Shown here piece after piece: positions 1 through 13,709 of a DNA stretch of 64,000 bases. This stretch comes from Eledone cirrhosa. Lineage: Eukaryota. Below the pieces are notes generated by a model. That model made no database searches, had not been told where the DNA came from, and saw only the letters and a program-made list of their open reading frames with translations. The DNA lies in the NCBI GenBank assembly GCA_964016885.1, contig OZ024744.1, forward strand, positions 24,862,001 through 24,926,000, in the 5' to 3' direction. Numbering within the stretch: position 1 is the stretch's first letter; every line of letters begins with the position of its first letter. Position numbers and translations under genes: made by a program.

Positions 1-37
1 GTACATACATGCACACACACACATATATATATACACA

Positions 38-112
<75 letters not shown>

Positions 113-162
113 ATGTGTATATATATGTGTGTATGTGTATATATACATATATATACATACAT

Positions 163-207
<45 letters not shown>

Positions 208-211
208 CTCA

Positions 212-287
<76 letters not shown>

Positions 288-337
288 CATACATGCATAT
301 ATATATATGTGTGTGTGTGTATGTATATATGTATATT

Positions 338-397
<60 letters not shown>

Positions 398-403
398 AGT
401 GTG

Positions 404-467
<64 letters not shown>

Positions 468-580
468 AGTGTGTATATAAATATATATATATACATATAT
501 AGAGAGACAGACAGAGAGAGAGACACACACACACAACTATATATATATACACATACACACACACATATACATATATATGG

Positions 581-666
<86 letters not shown>

Positions 667-667
667 G

Positions 668-733
<66 letters not shown>

Positions 734-770
734 TATATATATATATGTATGTATGTATGTATATATATAG
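1..770. repeat. Compound (TA)n/(CA)n/(TATG)n microsatellite field
   Basis: Directly visible; overlapping ORFs are YI/TH/VC low-complexity artefacts. Confidence 0.97.
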
Positions 771-962
771 ATTACATACAGATTTTATTAAAATAATTAA
801 GTGCTTTTAAAAATGCGGTTCGTTAAAAATGTGTATCTGTTGACGGAAATATACAGCAGAGCAACAAGTGGCTAAATCATTATATCAACGTATAGATGCA
901 TTATATACCCTGCTGCGAATGTATGTATGTATATATGTATGTATATTTGTATGTATGTGTGG

Positions 963-1018
<56 letters not shown>

Positions 1019-1320
1019 ATACATCTATATATATACATACATATATCGTCATATGTATATATTTACTCACAATTATACATTCATTTATATATACATATAT
1101 TCTTAAATATATTATATATATATATATATACGCACACACACACACATATACACATATATGCGTATGTTTTGTTGTGCATGCCGGTGTGTGTGTTTATTGG
1201 TAGGTACCACCCGGTATGAAATGCACTAACAGACCTCGTCTGATGGAGTTAGTTGTTAGCTAAAATGATAGTCGTGGATACTCCTGGTCTCCTACCCAGA
1301 AAGCATACACTGAACGAGGT

Positions 1321-1582
1321 AGTATGGTGGTGGTGGTGATGGTGGTGGTGTAGATGGTGGGGTAGGGGGGTGGGGTGAAGGAGGTGTTAGTAGTGGTGGT
1401 GGTGGTGATGGTGGTGGTGGTGATGGTGGTGGTAGTAGTTGTGGTGGTGATGCTAGTGATGGTGATGATTATGATAGTGATAGTGGTGATGGTGATGAAT
1501 GAGTTTGATGGAAGATGGTGTTGATGGGGGTGATTCTATTAATCGTAGTAATGACAGTAGTAGTAGTAGTAGCACCAGCAGC

Positions 1583-1656
<74 letters not shown>

Positions 1657-1663
1657 CACCAGC

Positions 1664-1713
<50 letters not shown>

Positions 1714-1789
1714 CAGCAGCAGCAGCAGTAGCAGAAATAAAATTAGTAGTAGTAGTAGTAGTAATAGTAGTAGTAGTAGTAGTAGTAGT

Positions 1790-1869
<80 letters not shown>

Positions 1870-1985
1870 CAGCAGTAGCAGAAATAAAAGTTGTAGTAGT
1901 AGTAGTAGTAGTAGTAGCAGTAGTAGTAGCAGCAGCAGCAGCAGTAGTAGTAGTGGTAGTGGTAGTGGTAGTAGTAGTAGTAGAG
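1321..1985. repeat. Trinucleotide microsatellite block (GGT/GAT, then TAG/CAG)
   Basis: Long (TAG)n with CAG interruptions; GCAGTAGCAGAAATAAAA recurs about 147 bp apart. Confidence 0.95.
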
Positions 1986-2074
1986 CTAGTAAGAGATGGT
2001 ACTTGTGTTAGTGATACTTGCAAGCTGACCAAAGATGTTTTTTAAGTTCATGAGCTAGATAGGAATCAACCATA

Positions 2075-2670
2075 GTGCGTGTATATGTATGTGTGTATAC
2101 GATTGTATATGTGAGTGTATATGTATGTGTGTATACGATTGTATATGTGAGTGTATGTGTATGTGTGTATACGATTGTATATGTGAGTGTATATGTATGT
2201 GTGTATACGATTGTATATGTGAGTGTATATGTATGTGTGTATACGATTGTATATGTGCGTGTATATGTATGTGTGTATACGATTGTATATGTGAGTGTAT
2301 ATGTGTGTGTATACGATTGTATATGTGAGTGTATATGTATGTGTGTATACGATTGTATATGTGAGTGTATATGTATGTGTGTATACGATTGTATATGTGC
2401 GTGTATATGTATGTGTGTATACGATTGTATATGTGCGTGTATATGTATGTGTGTATACGATTGTATATGTGAGTGTATATGTATGTGTGTATACGATTGT
2501 ATATGTGAGTGTATGTGTATGTGTGTATACGATTGTATATGTGAGTGTATATGTATGTGTGTATACGATTGTATATGTGAGTGTATGTGTATGTGTGTAT
2601 ACGATTGTATATGTGAGTGTATATGTATGTGTATATACGATTGTATATGTGCGTGTATATGTATGTGTGC
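2075..2670. repeat. 36-bp minisatellite, about 16 copies
   Basis: Unit GTGAGTGTATATGTATGTGTGTATACGATTGTATAT; 12-aa periodicity in translations; one 32-bp unit near 2300. Confidence 0.95.
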
Positions 2671-2920
2671 GTGTCCTTCAGGCAATCTGTCTGTGTGTCT
2701 GTCTGCGTGTTTCTCTATATATTTCTATTTATGCTAGCTGCTCCTCTATGAAGGAGGAGCTAAGTTATATAGTGTTAACCTCTAACTACCACCGCTTCCA
2801 CCCCAACATCACCCTTTCAAAGACACTTCCGTGAGAAAAAAGTCTCTGATTCACTATTAACATCCTTTACTCTGAAAATATCGAAACATCTCGCAGAGAG
2901 CACAAACTTAGTGAAGGTAA

Positions 2921-3355
<435 letters not shown>

Positions 3356-4582
3356 ACAGACTGAGATAACGTGGCAAGGAGTGGGAAAGGAAAAGGAGTA
3401 AACGTCTGTAGTCTCGCCTGGTTTACCTGTATCTCCACACTACCTCCCACCAAACACACACCTCACAACGATCAGCTACATTTCTGACACTAAAACCTCC
3501 AATATTAACACTCCTAACACAACACAACCCCCACCCCCATCCACCCCCAAAAAACAAGAAGCCCCAATTTCAAAATCCCTCCCCACCACCACCAACACAA
3601 CCTCCCACCCCACGCACCCCTCCCACCCCCACCGCCACCCCCCAAAAACAAGAAACCCCAATTTCAAAATCCCTCTCCACCACCACCATTACCACCACCA
3701 CCAACAACAACAACAACAAACACATAGTCTTCATCTTTCCCCCACTCCCCACCCTACCACACTACCACCACCAACAACAACACCACCACCACCACCAATT
3801 CATCTTTGAGAGCCTCTAGTTGTAGACATGTCTTCTCACCAATATCTTCTTGTCTCTGCTAGAATTAATGACGAGACATAACCTTCTCTGTGATAAACCA
3901 ACAAGGAAAAGACTCTATGTAGTCACTCAAACTGCTAGAAAGAACAGTTAAATATCTCTCAAAGAGGTACGATAAATGATGATATCAAACTATTAGATAC
4001 CAATACCTATGATGTAAGACGGAATGTTCATGGCATGTCTAAAGAGCGTTTTTTTTTTTGTTTTTGTAACGAACCAACAACGACTACTGAAACTTATCAC
4101 TTGATCTGCTGAAAATGGTACCCAAATCTCCTTCAAATCAACAAATCAAACCACGCCGCCGTAAGAAAAAGGCTTAAGCACCACCACCATTGTGGGGTCT
4201 TACTTGGACTTTGCAGAGAGTCAAAAGTTGTTCGAGACCGAAAAATATTTTGGCTATGAAAAAGAAGTGAAGTTCTGTGAAGTAGTTTTAGTTATGTTAA
4301 AGACGGTCGTGTTCACCAGAATACCTCGTCAGTAATAGTGGGGCCCGGGCCCGGCATTTGTTGTAGCCCTGACAACCTCGTCAGTGATAGTGACGTCTTT
4401 ATTATGTTGAAGGACAATAACATTATCTTAACAACATGAGACTAGTGCAGAGTTGAACGGGAAGTATCTAGGGAGTTTGTAAACGACGCTTTGTACCCGA
4501 AGAGTAATGAGTAAAGAGGGGTTCAACCGCGCAGTGAGTGGGGGGAGCAGCAAGTGTAATCGAATTGATGTCCATCGATTAT

Positions 4583-4900
4583 TACGATGTATGTTCCAGT
4601 TGTTCGATTAACGGAACATTCTGCCCCTGAAATTAACATGTAAATAGTAGAACTTTCCAGAGACTCGCGTACCTTTAATTTAATTCGTGGTGGGTTTCAG
4701 CGTAGCACAGTGTATGGTATAGCTGACCTTTTGTATAACATATACAGTCCAATTGACGGGCTTCCAAACAATTTCCGTCTACCCAATTTCATTCACAAGA
4801 CGTAGGCTTACCCTAGGCTATTGTAAATGACACACAAAATGTCTCGCAGTGAAACCGAAGTCAGGAACTAATAGTTGCGAAGCGAACTTAAATATTCGAC
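4583..4900 (-). mobile_element. Degenerate tRNA-derived SINE; 3' part related to the copy at 7731-8032
   Basis: ACGATG..TGTTCC.GTTG..CGAT.AACGGAAC...TGAAATTA...TTCAGCGT.GCACAG aligns by eye to 7753-7880; it carries a different head at 4760-4900. Confidence 0.6.
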
Positions 4901-4929
4901 CAAGCTAGAAGTAAATAGATCATTGAATG

Positions 4930-5184
4930 TATAGATGAAACATTGTCCTACAGAAAGAGGTGGTCCATCAGCATTCATGATGAATGTAATATCTGACAGG
5001 TAGCCATGGATCTAAGAAATGAGAATGAAAAACTGATTGAGGAGACACGTTCGAAAGCTTTGCTGATGTCGAGAGCTACAAAATAGTCCTCACCGAATTT
5101 CCCGAGAGCAAAGATCCACTGATGTGTGTCATAGGAGAGTTGATATTCGGCAGACCTTACTTTACAAAAGTAATATGCTGTCAA
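4930..5184 (-). pseudogene. Degraded reverse transcriptase fragment of a CR1/L2/Jockey-type LINE
   Basis: Translation ...HQWIFALGKFGEDYFVALDISKAFERV matches the RT motif ALDxSKAFDRV; the reading degrades afterwards. Confidence 0.7.
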
Positions 5185-5627
5185 TAGTTATTTTTCATTA
5201 TTACTACTGTCATATCACTGAAAACTACTTCAGGCTTTCATTTAACTAGAATTTGATGTAACATTTCTATTGTATATTATCTATTATTACTGTCACATCA
5301 CTGAAGACTGTGTCTTTGGATTAACATGTACGGCATTCATGACAGTAACATATCAATTCTCCTGCTGTGTCTTCATTTCAGCTGTAGTTAGGTATAACAT
5401 TAATATTATTAAACATTATTTTAGCACAGTCACATCTTTGAAAACTACACAGTGCTTTTGGATTCATTTGTAGGGAATTCCTGGCAAATAATATCGCAAT
5501 TTTCTCTCCTGTAGAGTCTTCTAGTTCTAACTGTTTAACTATCAAACAATCAAAGGGTTACGAAGGTTGAAAAACGGTGATTCTAACGTTTTAAAGCCAG
5601 GCTAGGAAAAATAGTTAGGAGATGTGT

Positions 5628-5630
<3 letters not shown>

Positions 5631-5700
<70 letters not shown>
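5631..5700. repeat. (GA)n microsatellite
   Basis: Directly visible. Confidence 0.97.
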
Positions 5701-5705
<5 letters not shown>

Positions 5706-6036
5706 GGAAGAGGGGAAGTAGTGATGAGGGCGGGGGTGACAGAGTGACGTCATGTGTCTCAATCGACCTTAGCCTTACACACCTGATTTAAAAAAGGAAA
5801 TAAACAAAGAAAAAAACAGAGTAAATTTTCCAATATAATATAATGGGAGGAGGGCCTGCGTTGATGAGAAACCTCTTAACTTCAACACTGGCAATCATTG
5901 TTTCAAGATGGCGATGCCGTAAAGTAATTGTATGACGCTTGATCTTTGCCTTGTGGATTCCACAACTGTCTTTCACTCGTTTAACCCAAATCCTTGCCCC
6001 TCTCCCCAACATTATACCTCCTTTGCTCTCCCTGTT

Positions 6037-6179
<143 letters not shown>

Positions 6180-6276
6180 GTAAATAAGCATACATACACA
6201 CATTCATACATTCACACATGCATGCGAGCATACATACACACGTAACATGTAGCTGTGTGTCTATGTCTTTTCCTAG

Positions 6277-6381
<105 letters not shown>

Positions 6382-6649
6382 TATATTATGATATAGGATG
6401 AAAATATTACTGCTTTTCCATGATGTTTCATGTTAAGTATAACGTATTGAGAGGAACGTTGGTTATGGTGTAAGTTTTCTGTGTTACATTATAATGAATA
6501 TATTTACTGTGATAGTCTTGTGAGGAGTCACACTTCTATAGTTGTTTCAATGTTAAAAATATTAATCTATCTATCTAGTCATCTCCGTCCTTTCCTCTCT
6601 CTTTCTGCATCTCTCTTTTATTTTATGTACATCCATCTATCCACCCATT

Positions 6650-6682
<33 letters not shown>

Positions 6683-7407
6683 TAAAATATATATATATAT
6701 ACACATACATATAAAGTTGTAATATTCTTGCATACATACTACACACACATTCATTTATATTATGCGCCAGTGTGTGTATGTGTGTATACATATGTATGTA
6801 TGCGTGCGTGTGTGCATAAAACAATTAACAACCCAGATAACACTATAATCAATTACAACAATATGACTAACGAGAATCTTATTTCAATCAAATTAAAAAA
6901 GAATTTTATTTGTTTTATTTTCCAGATTTTTTTCATACAAAAAAAAATCGAATCTTAAAATTTGGATTACTTAAAAAATGATACGAAGGCTGACCAATAA
7001 TATATACTATATACACTAATCTATGTATATATATATATATACAGTTGTCTACATACATACATACATATATATATTTACAGATAAATTCAGTCCCCGTATT
7101 TGATACTGCTGCACTAATATATTATGTAAAGTACATATACACGTATATATATGTCTATGTGTATATATATACACAGATATATCACTGGGTGTATATATAT
7201 ATATATGTATGTATGTATGTGTTTGAAGGTCTCTAAGATGTTTACGTATAAAAATGTACGTGAAAACATTAAAAATGAAAGAAAATCATGAATCAATTTC
7301 GTAAGTAGTTTTTTTGTATAATTTTATACACACATACACACACATGCACACACGTATACACAGGTGCACACACACACGTGCACACACACAAACAGACATA
7401 TACATAT

Positions 7408-7441
<34 letters not shown>

Positions 7442-7476
7442 CATATATATATATACACATGTATATGTATATATAG

Positions 7477-7558
<82 letters not shown>

Positions 7559-7730
7559 GTTCACACTTGCACAGAACTGTATGAAATCCATATCTGCAAA
7601 AATGTATATAATGCCTTGCTCTCTCTCTCACTCTCTTTATGTGTGCATTTGTATCTACATACACACACAAACACACACATACATGTATACACATATGTAT
7701 ACATACATATCTACATACATGCATCGACTC

Positions 7731-8032
7731 GACTGGTACACCGTCGGTTACGACGATGAATGTTCCTGTTGATCCGATCAACGGAACTGCGTGCTCGTGA
7801 AATTAGCCTGCAAGTGGCTGAGCATTCCATAGACAAGTGTAGCATTAACGTAATTCTCAGAGAGATTCAGCGTGACACAGAATATGACATGGCTGACTCT
7901 TCGAATTACAGGTACAACTCATTTTTTGACAGCTGAGTGGAGCAATGTGAAATAAAGTGACTTGCTCAAGGACATAACGCGCCGTCGGGAATCGAACTAA
8001 CGAACTTACGGTTTTGAGCCGAAAACCTTAAC
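7731..8032 (-). mobile_element. tRNA-derived SINE (family B)
   Basis: Minus strand has B-box GTTCGATTC, then GTCCTTGAGCAAGTCACTTTATTTCACATTGCTCC, which is shared with 8501-8640 and 22531-22760. Confidence 0.8.
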
Positions 8033-8114
8033 TTACATACATACATATATACGTCTTACATACATATATACGTGCATACATATATACGTACATACATATA
8101 TACATATATATACC

Positions 8115-8153
<39 letters not shown>

Positions 8154-8236
8154 GAAAAGTATAGAAATTGTTGTAGCGAGAAGCTAACAGTATTCCATAA
8201 CATAACACATATATTATACATATATGTATATATACG

Positions 8237-8269
<33 letters not shown>

Positions 8270-8500
8270 GTATATCTACATATATACATAGATACATATA
8301 TACATACATACATATATACATACTTGCATTCATATATATATACATACATGTATACATATATAGATACATATATACATACATACGTACGTACATACATACT
8401 TACATATAAACGTACGTACGTATACATACATATAAACATATATACATATATATACATACATATATACATAAATATATATACATATATACATACACACATG

Positions 8501-8835
8501 CAGGCACATGGCTTAGTGGTTAGAGCATTGGCCTTGCAATCGAAAGGTTGTGAGTTCAATTCTCAGACCGGGTGATGTGTTGTTTCCTTGAGCAAGACAC
8601 TTTATTTCACATTGCTCCAGTTTACTCAGCTGTAGAAATGAAATGATAGGGACTGGGGTCCCTATCATTCCACTGCAAAGTGGTCGTGGAGGTGCCACGG
8701 CAAAAAAAGCACCCAGCCCACACTGTAAATGAGGTTGGTGTTAGGAAGGACATCCAGCTGTAGAAATCAAGCCAGAATCAGTTCCCGTCCCACCCTTGCA
8801 AGCAGGGAAAAGTGGACGTAAAATGAAATGATGAA
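8501..8835 (+). mobile_element. tRNA-derived SINE with family B head and a V-domain-like 3' part
   Basis: A-box TGGCTTAGTGG, B-box GTTCAATTC, TTCCTTGAGCAAGACACTTTATTTCAC; then GGTTGGTGTTAGGAAGGACATCCAGCTGTAGAAA and a short TGA-repeat end. Confidence 0.8.
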
Positions 8836-9164
8836 AATGAATACATACATACATACATACATACATACACACATAGATACACACATACATACATACAGAC
8901 ATACATACATACATACATACATACATACATACATACACACATACATACATACATACATACATACATACATACATACGTACATACACACATACACACATAC
9001 ATACATACATATATGTATGTATAGAAATTTGCTCCGCAGGTGACTTGCGGTTCGATTCATTGCCCGTATTGGGTAAATATGTTTTATTGTAACTTCGGGA
9101 TCGATGAAATAAATGAAGACGTAATCTAAGTGGATACCCGTTATGTAGACACATCCGCCAACGC

Positions 9165-9207
<43 letters not shown>

Positions 9208-9333
9208 CGTTTTACGTGTATTGAAACAAATAACTATGTGTATACTCTGGGAATGTATCTTACATTACCTATTGTGTACCCTGAGATACAATCGGTCCTG
9301 GCATTGATAAATATGCTGGGTCCGTCAACTCCT

Positions 9334-9368
<35 letters not shown>

Positions 9369-9433
9369 TCACGTAAAAGGGTGAAAGCAGCGGTTCTTTA
9401 ATCTGTACATATAATAAATATTTTATCTACGGG

Positions 9434-9546
<113 letters not shown>

Positions 9547-9963
9547 AATATATATATAGAATCCTTATCGAGCCCTCTTCGGATATTAGTCTTCACATTT
9601 ATTATTACTATATCTATATATATATATATGAATGATAGCGTAAGGTCTTCAAAATGTTTTTAATTAAACATCCGATATATTGCCAAATATACTATACATA
9701 CATTCATCTATACATCGCTATTTCGGAGCACCAATCCTAATATATATGTATATATATGCGTGTGTGTGTATTAATGAATACATCCTAGTATGTTTATAAT
9801 TGAGTACGTTTCTCTGGGTCACTTCTGTGACTTGCAATTCTGCTCTTGCCAGACAGACAGTCAGACATGTCATCATTGCAAGATATTTCTCATTTAAACA
9901 TTCTGATACAGCTAGATAGAAAGAGCAACCAAATGTCCCTCAAACCACAGACTAACAAATAAT

Positions 9964-9966
<3 letters not shown>

Positions 9967-10005
<39 letters not shown>
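9967..10005. repeat. (AAT)n microsatellite at the LINE 3' junction
   Basis: 13 perfect AAT units abutting the LINE 3' end. Confidence 0.95.
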
Positions 10006-10007
<2 letters not shown>

Positions 10008-10256
10008 TTTCTTTATTAACCACAAGGGTTTACATAAAGTAGACATTAAGGACAGTGCAGGACAATGCAGGACGGTACTAATGGGCATTTCTGCGTGTAA
10101 AAAACAAAACAGAGGATGTAACAAAAAAATAACAATGAAAAATTCCCCAATAGGGGGGGAGACTTCGGAGGGACATTTGTGGAGAAAGCCCAGTAAAAAG
10201 CCACAATGACCCTGAGCACCAAGGCAAGTGCCCTCTCCCAGTTTTCCACCTTTAAT

Positions 10257-13200
10257 TTACAGATATATACTCAGAGTAGGCCCATTCACTCGGGCCATAC
10301 TTGCTTCTCTCACCCATCTTTCAACAAAATGCTGGGAAGAGAGCACTTCCCTCTCTACCCTGATTTTCCTTTTCAAATGAAATTTGAAAAAGTTAATCAG
10401 GGCATCACCGAAGAGGTAAGTGCTCGTCTTCAGCCCTTTCAAACGTGTCCACCATACTATCTCTTTCGCCATGGCCACCAGACAGATAAAAACTGCCTGC
10501 CCTTCCCGGCTAAAGTAAGAGGGCGGGGCAATCCTCACGATGGACTCAGCTGATAGCCGGATCCGTCCTACACGTGACAGCAGGTGTTCGACATAAACCC
10601 ACAAGTCAGCAATGCTTGGACACTGGACGAGTGCGTGCAGGACGGTTTCGTCGCCCTGCGCGCATCTCGGACATGCCCGGCTGACGGCACCTCCATGCCT
10701 GTAAAGTTTATCCCGAACTGGCAAAGCACCCCGGTAGCACTGCCAGGCCAGGGATTTCTGGAAGTTGTCCATAGGTCCCGGCCCGAAAGTCCTTCCGAAG
10801 AGATTGGCTAGTTGATTTTCCTCGACGCCTAGAGTTTCTCCAAGTACGTCGTCGCTCTTCCCCTCACTAATCCCCTATAGAACGCCAAGGTGGAGTTTCC
10901 ACCGATCACATTGCCCGATTGGTCGAGGGGTGTGAGCGCCTGAAGACATTCCAGTCTCCAAGCGCTCCCTCTCGGTCTTCGCTTGACCCAGGACTGCAGC
11001 TCCGTCAAGGAGACGAGCTGGGGAAAAACGTGTCTAGCAAACGGCGACCACACCTGATCACCGTCGAGGAATAGGTGGAAATGTCGTAGCCTGAGCGCGT
11101 GTCTGCGCATCATCAGCCACGGCATGCCCAGCCCTCCACGTAGCGGGTGTTGACAGCAGATGGACCGCCTGACCATCGGAGCGCGTCCCTTCCACAAGAA
11201 GCGAAAGAGCAAACGCTCCAGCGCAGTCAGGCGGGGCTTAGGACAAGGTACGACGGTCAGGCAGTAGTAGATGACGGACGCGATGTACGCGTCAGCCACC
11301 TCCGCTCGACCTTTCAGAGATAGCTTCCTCTCGGCCTATTTCTGGGTGAGAGAAGCCACCCTGCTCGTCACCTCGTCCCAGTTTTTGTCCGTCTGGAGGT
11401 CTGGACCGAACCAGACCCCTAGCAATTTAACCGGTCCGTCCGTCTAGCGCCCGACGACGCTGTTGGACGGCATGGACCTGCCTCTCCAGGTGCCGAGCTG
11501 CAGGCCCACTGACTTTTCCTGGTTGATCATTGCTCCTGTCACCGCTTCGTATTCTCTTAGTGTAGTGCCGATCGCCTCGATGTGTTTGGTGTTCGACACC
11601 ACTACGGTGACATCGTCGGCATATGCTGACACGGATCTTCCGCATCCTAGTTCGCGTGGGACCCCCCTCAACGTCTCCAGTTTGTGCAGTAATGGCTCGA
11701 GAGTCAATACGTACAATAGGGACGAGAGGGGACACCCTTGGCGGACCGAGCGCATGATGTTGAACGGTTCCGAAAGGTGACCGTTCACTCTCACTACAGA
11801 ACAGATGTCGCTGTGCATGGCAGCGATCCAGCCTCTGAAGACGGGCCCAAAGCCAGCCGCCCTCAGGACTGCCGCTAGGTAACGATGGTCGACCCTATCG
11901 AAGGCTTTCGACTGATCTAAATTGATCAAAGACCCACCCGTGCCAGGTTCCCTAGCTACCCTCTCTACGATGTATCGCATGAGGTGGAGGTTGTCGTGGA
12001 TGGATCTGTCGGGAATGGCGCATGTTTGTGCCTCTCCCACCAGACCACCAACGACAAGCGCCAACCTCTTTGCTAGCACCTTGGCCAAAATCTTGAACTC
12101 TGTGTTTAGCAGAGTTATGGGCCTAAAATTATCGATGTTATCCCCCTTGTTCGGATCCTTTCTCAGCAGCGCCACCGCTCCTCGGCTCACAGAGCTGGAA
12201 ATTCTCCCGTTCTGTTGCCAGTTGCAGTAGACGTCCGCCAAGAGGCCTCCGAACAAGTTTGGCATTTGTACGTAAAGTTCATAGGGCAGACCATCCAAAC
12301 CAGGCGATTTACCCCTTGTGGAACTAGTCATTGCATCCCGTACTTCAGCGGTTGTTATCGGCTTTTCGCAACACTCCGCCTCAGTGGCCGAAAGCCGCGG
12401 CAGTCCGTCGAGGTAGACACTAAAGTCCATCCCTCGATCCGGCCCGCCACTGCCCCCGAATAGTTGAGCGAAGTGTCGCTGAAAAGCTTCACACATTTGC
12501 CCGGGATCGAGTAGCATGCGCCCGTCGTGGTCCACCAAAGACCGGATCGTAGCTTTGTTGCCACGACGCGCCTCCGCCACTCGGGCCCATTGAACGGCTT
12601 TCGTCCCCTCGTGTCTGAGAGCACGCACCCTAGCTCTGACAACGCAGCCTTCGTGCTTTGCATTGAAGAATTGGTCAAGGGCCAATTTCGCCGCAAGTAC
12701 GTCGGTCGCGATGCCTTTGCTAAGCGCCTCATCTAATTTTCTAACTAATTCTCCCTCTGCTCTATTTTTCTCTATTGCTAAAGTCTTACTAAACCTAATG
12801 GACTCTATTCTAATTGCTCTTTTCAGAGCAAACCACCACTTGTTGTTGACGATGGCCCCCGTCAACGCCCGCTTAACTAGTTCGCCAATCCGGTCTCTGT
12901 AGGCCTTGCGCGCTGGTAAGGACGCGTTTAGCTTCCAGTAGCCGGGTCCTCGTCTATGAAGCCTATCTAAGTCAAGCACACAGATCACGAATTTGTGGTC
13001 CATGTAGCTGACTATCTTGAATTGTGGACAGCCTATGCTAGACCTATCTATTTCCCTACAAAATACTCTATCTAGATATGATCTGGATGACCCTATGCGA
13101 TTTGTCCAAGTTCACATTGGTACATTCGGGAAATCCATTCGGTACCTGTCAGACAGTTCAAAAGGTCTGAGCAGGTTGGTGAGACTCTTCCACCCTCCTT

Positions 13201-13675
13201 CCCTATCCACTAATCCCACACAATCCCAGCGTGCATCTAAGATCCCGTTCCAGTCGCCCACTAACACTAAAGAGCGGGACGTTCCAAGAAAGGTCTCCAG
13301 ACGCCGGAAGAAATCAGGCCGCCCTGCTCCTGTCGGGGCATAAACGGCCACTAACCTGAAAGCTTGCCCGTCTCTGCTGGTCACGTCCAGCACCACCAAC
13401 TTACCTTCTGGGTCCAGGAAGACGGCCCGTATGGCAAGATCCAAACCTCTCCGAAAAAGCACAGCAACTCCTCCCCCCGATCCCGGACGGCTGGGAGATG
13501 CGTACACATCGTAGCCGCCGAAGATCGGTGCGAAAGCCTGTGCTTCGGAGATTCTGGTCTCGCTGATGGCCACTACATCTATGTTTAGTGACCTGAGGTC
13601 GCTGAGCAGGTGGCCCTGCTTCCATGACGACCCCAAGCCACGCGCATTTATGCTGCCTATTCTGAGTGAGGTCAT
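10257..13675 (-). pseudogene. LINE ORF2: APE endonuclease, reverse transcriptase and C-terminal zinc finger; 3 in-frame stops and 1 frameshift
   Basis: EN motifs SINARG, ISETR, VYAP, GDWN, YLDR, DH. RT motifs GKSPGLDGLP, NFRPITLLNTEFKILAK, LDQSKAFDRVDH, RQGCPLS, YADD. Zinc finger CPRC...ETVLHALVQC. Stops at 13112-14, 11444-46 and 11336-38; -1 shift near 10860. Confidence 0.95.
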
Positions 13676-13709
13676 GTTGAAAAGGAGTGGAAAAGATGGG
13701 AAAAACCAC

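Noticed and set aside
3828-4145. Two related segments (CACT..A.CTGCT..AAA...CAAAT.TC..TCAAA) at ~3925 and ~4098
   Set aside because: They are probably old interspersed-repeat fragments, too diverged to classify or delimit by eye.
4323-4393. 18-bp direct repeat ACCTCGTCAGT(A/G)ATAGTG around a GC-rich spacer
   Set aside because: It is real but short; it may be a small duplication or TSD, and no element could be assigned.
8501-8580. Possible tRNA gene
   Set aside because: A and B boxes are present, but the sequence runs into a SINE body shared with other copies and I cannot build a convincing cloverleaf.
13100-13120. Apparent frameshift between the EN and RT ORFs
   Set aside because: ORFs 13675-13112 and 13003-11444 are in the same frame; the break is an in-frame TGA.
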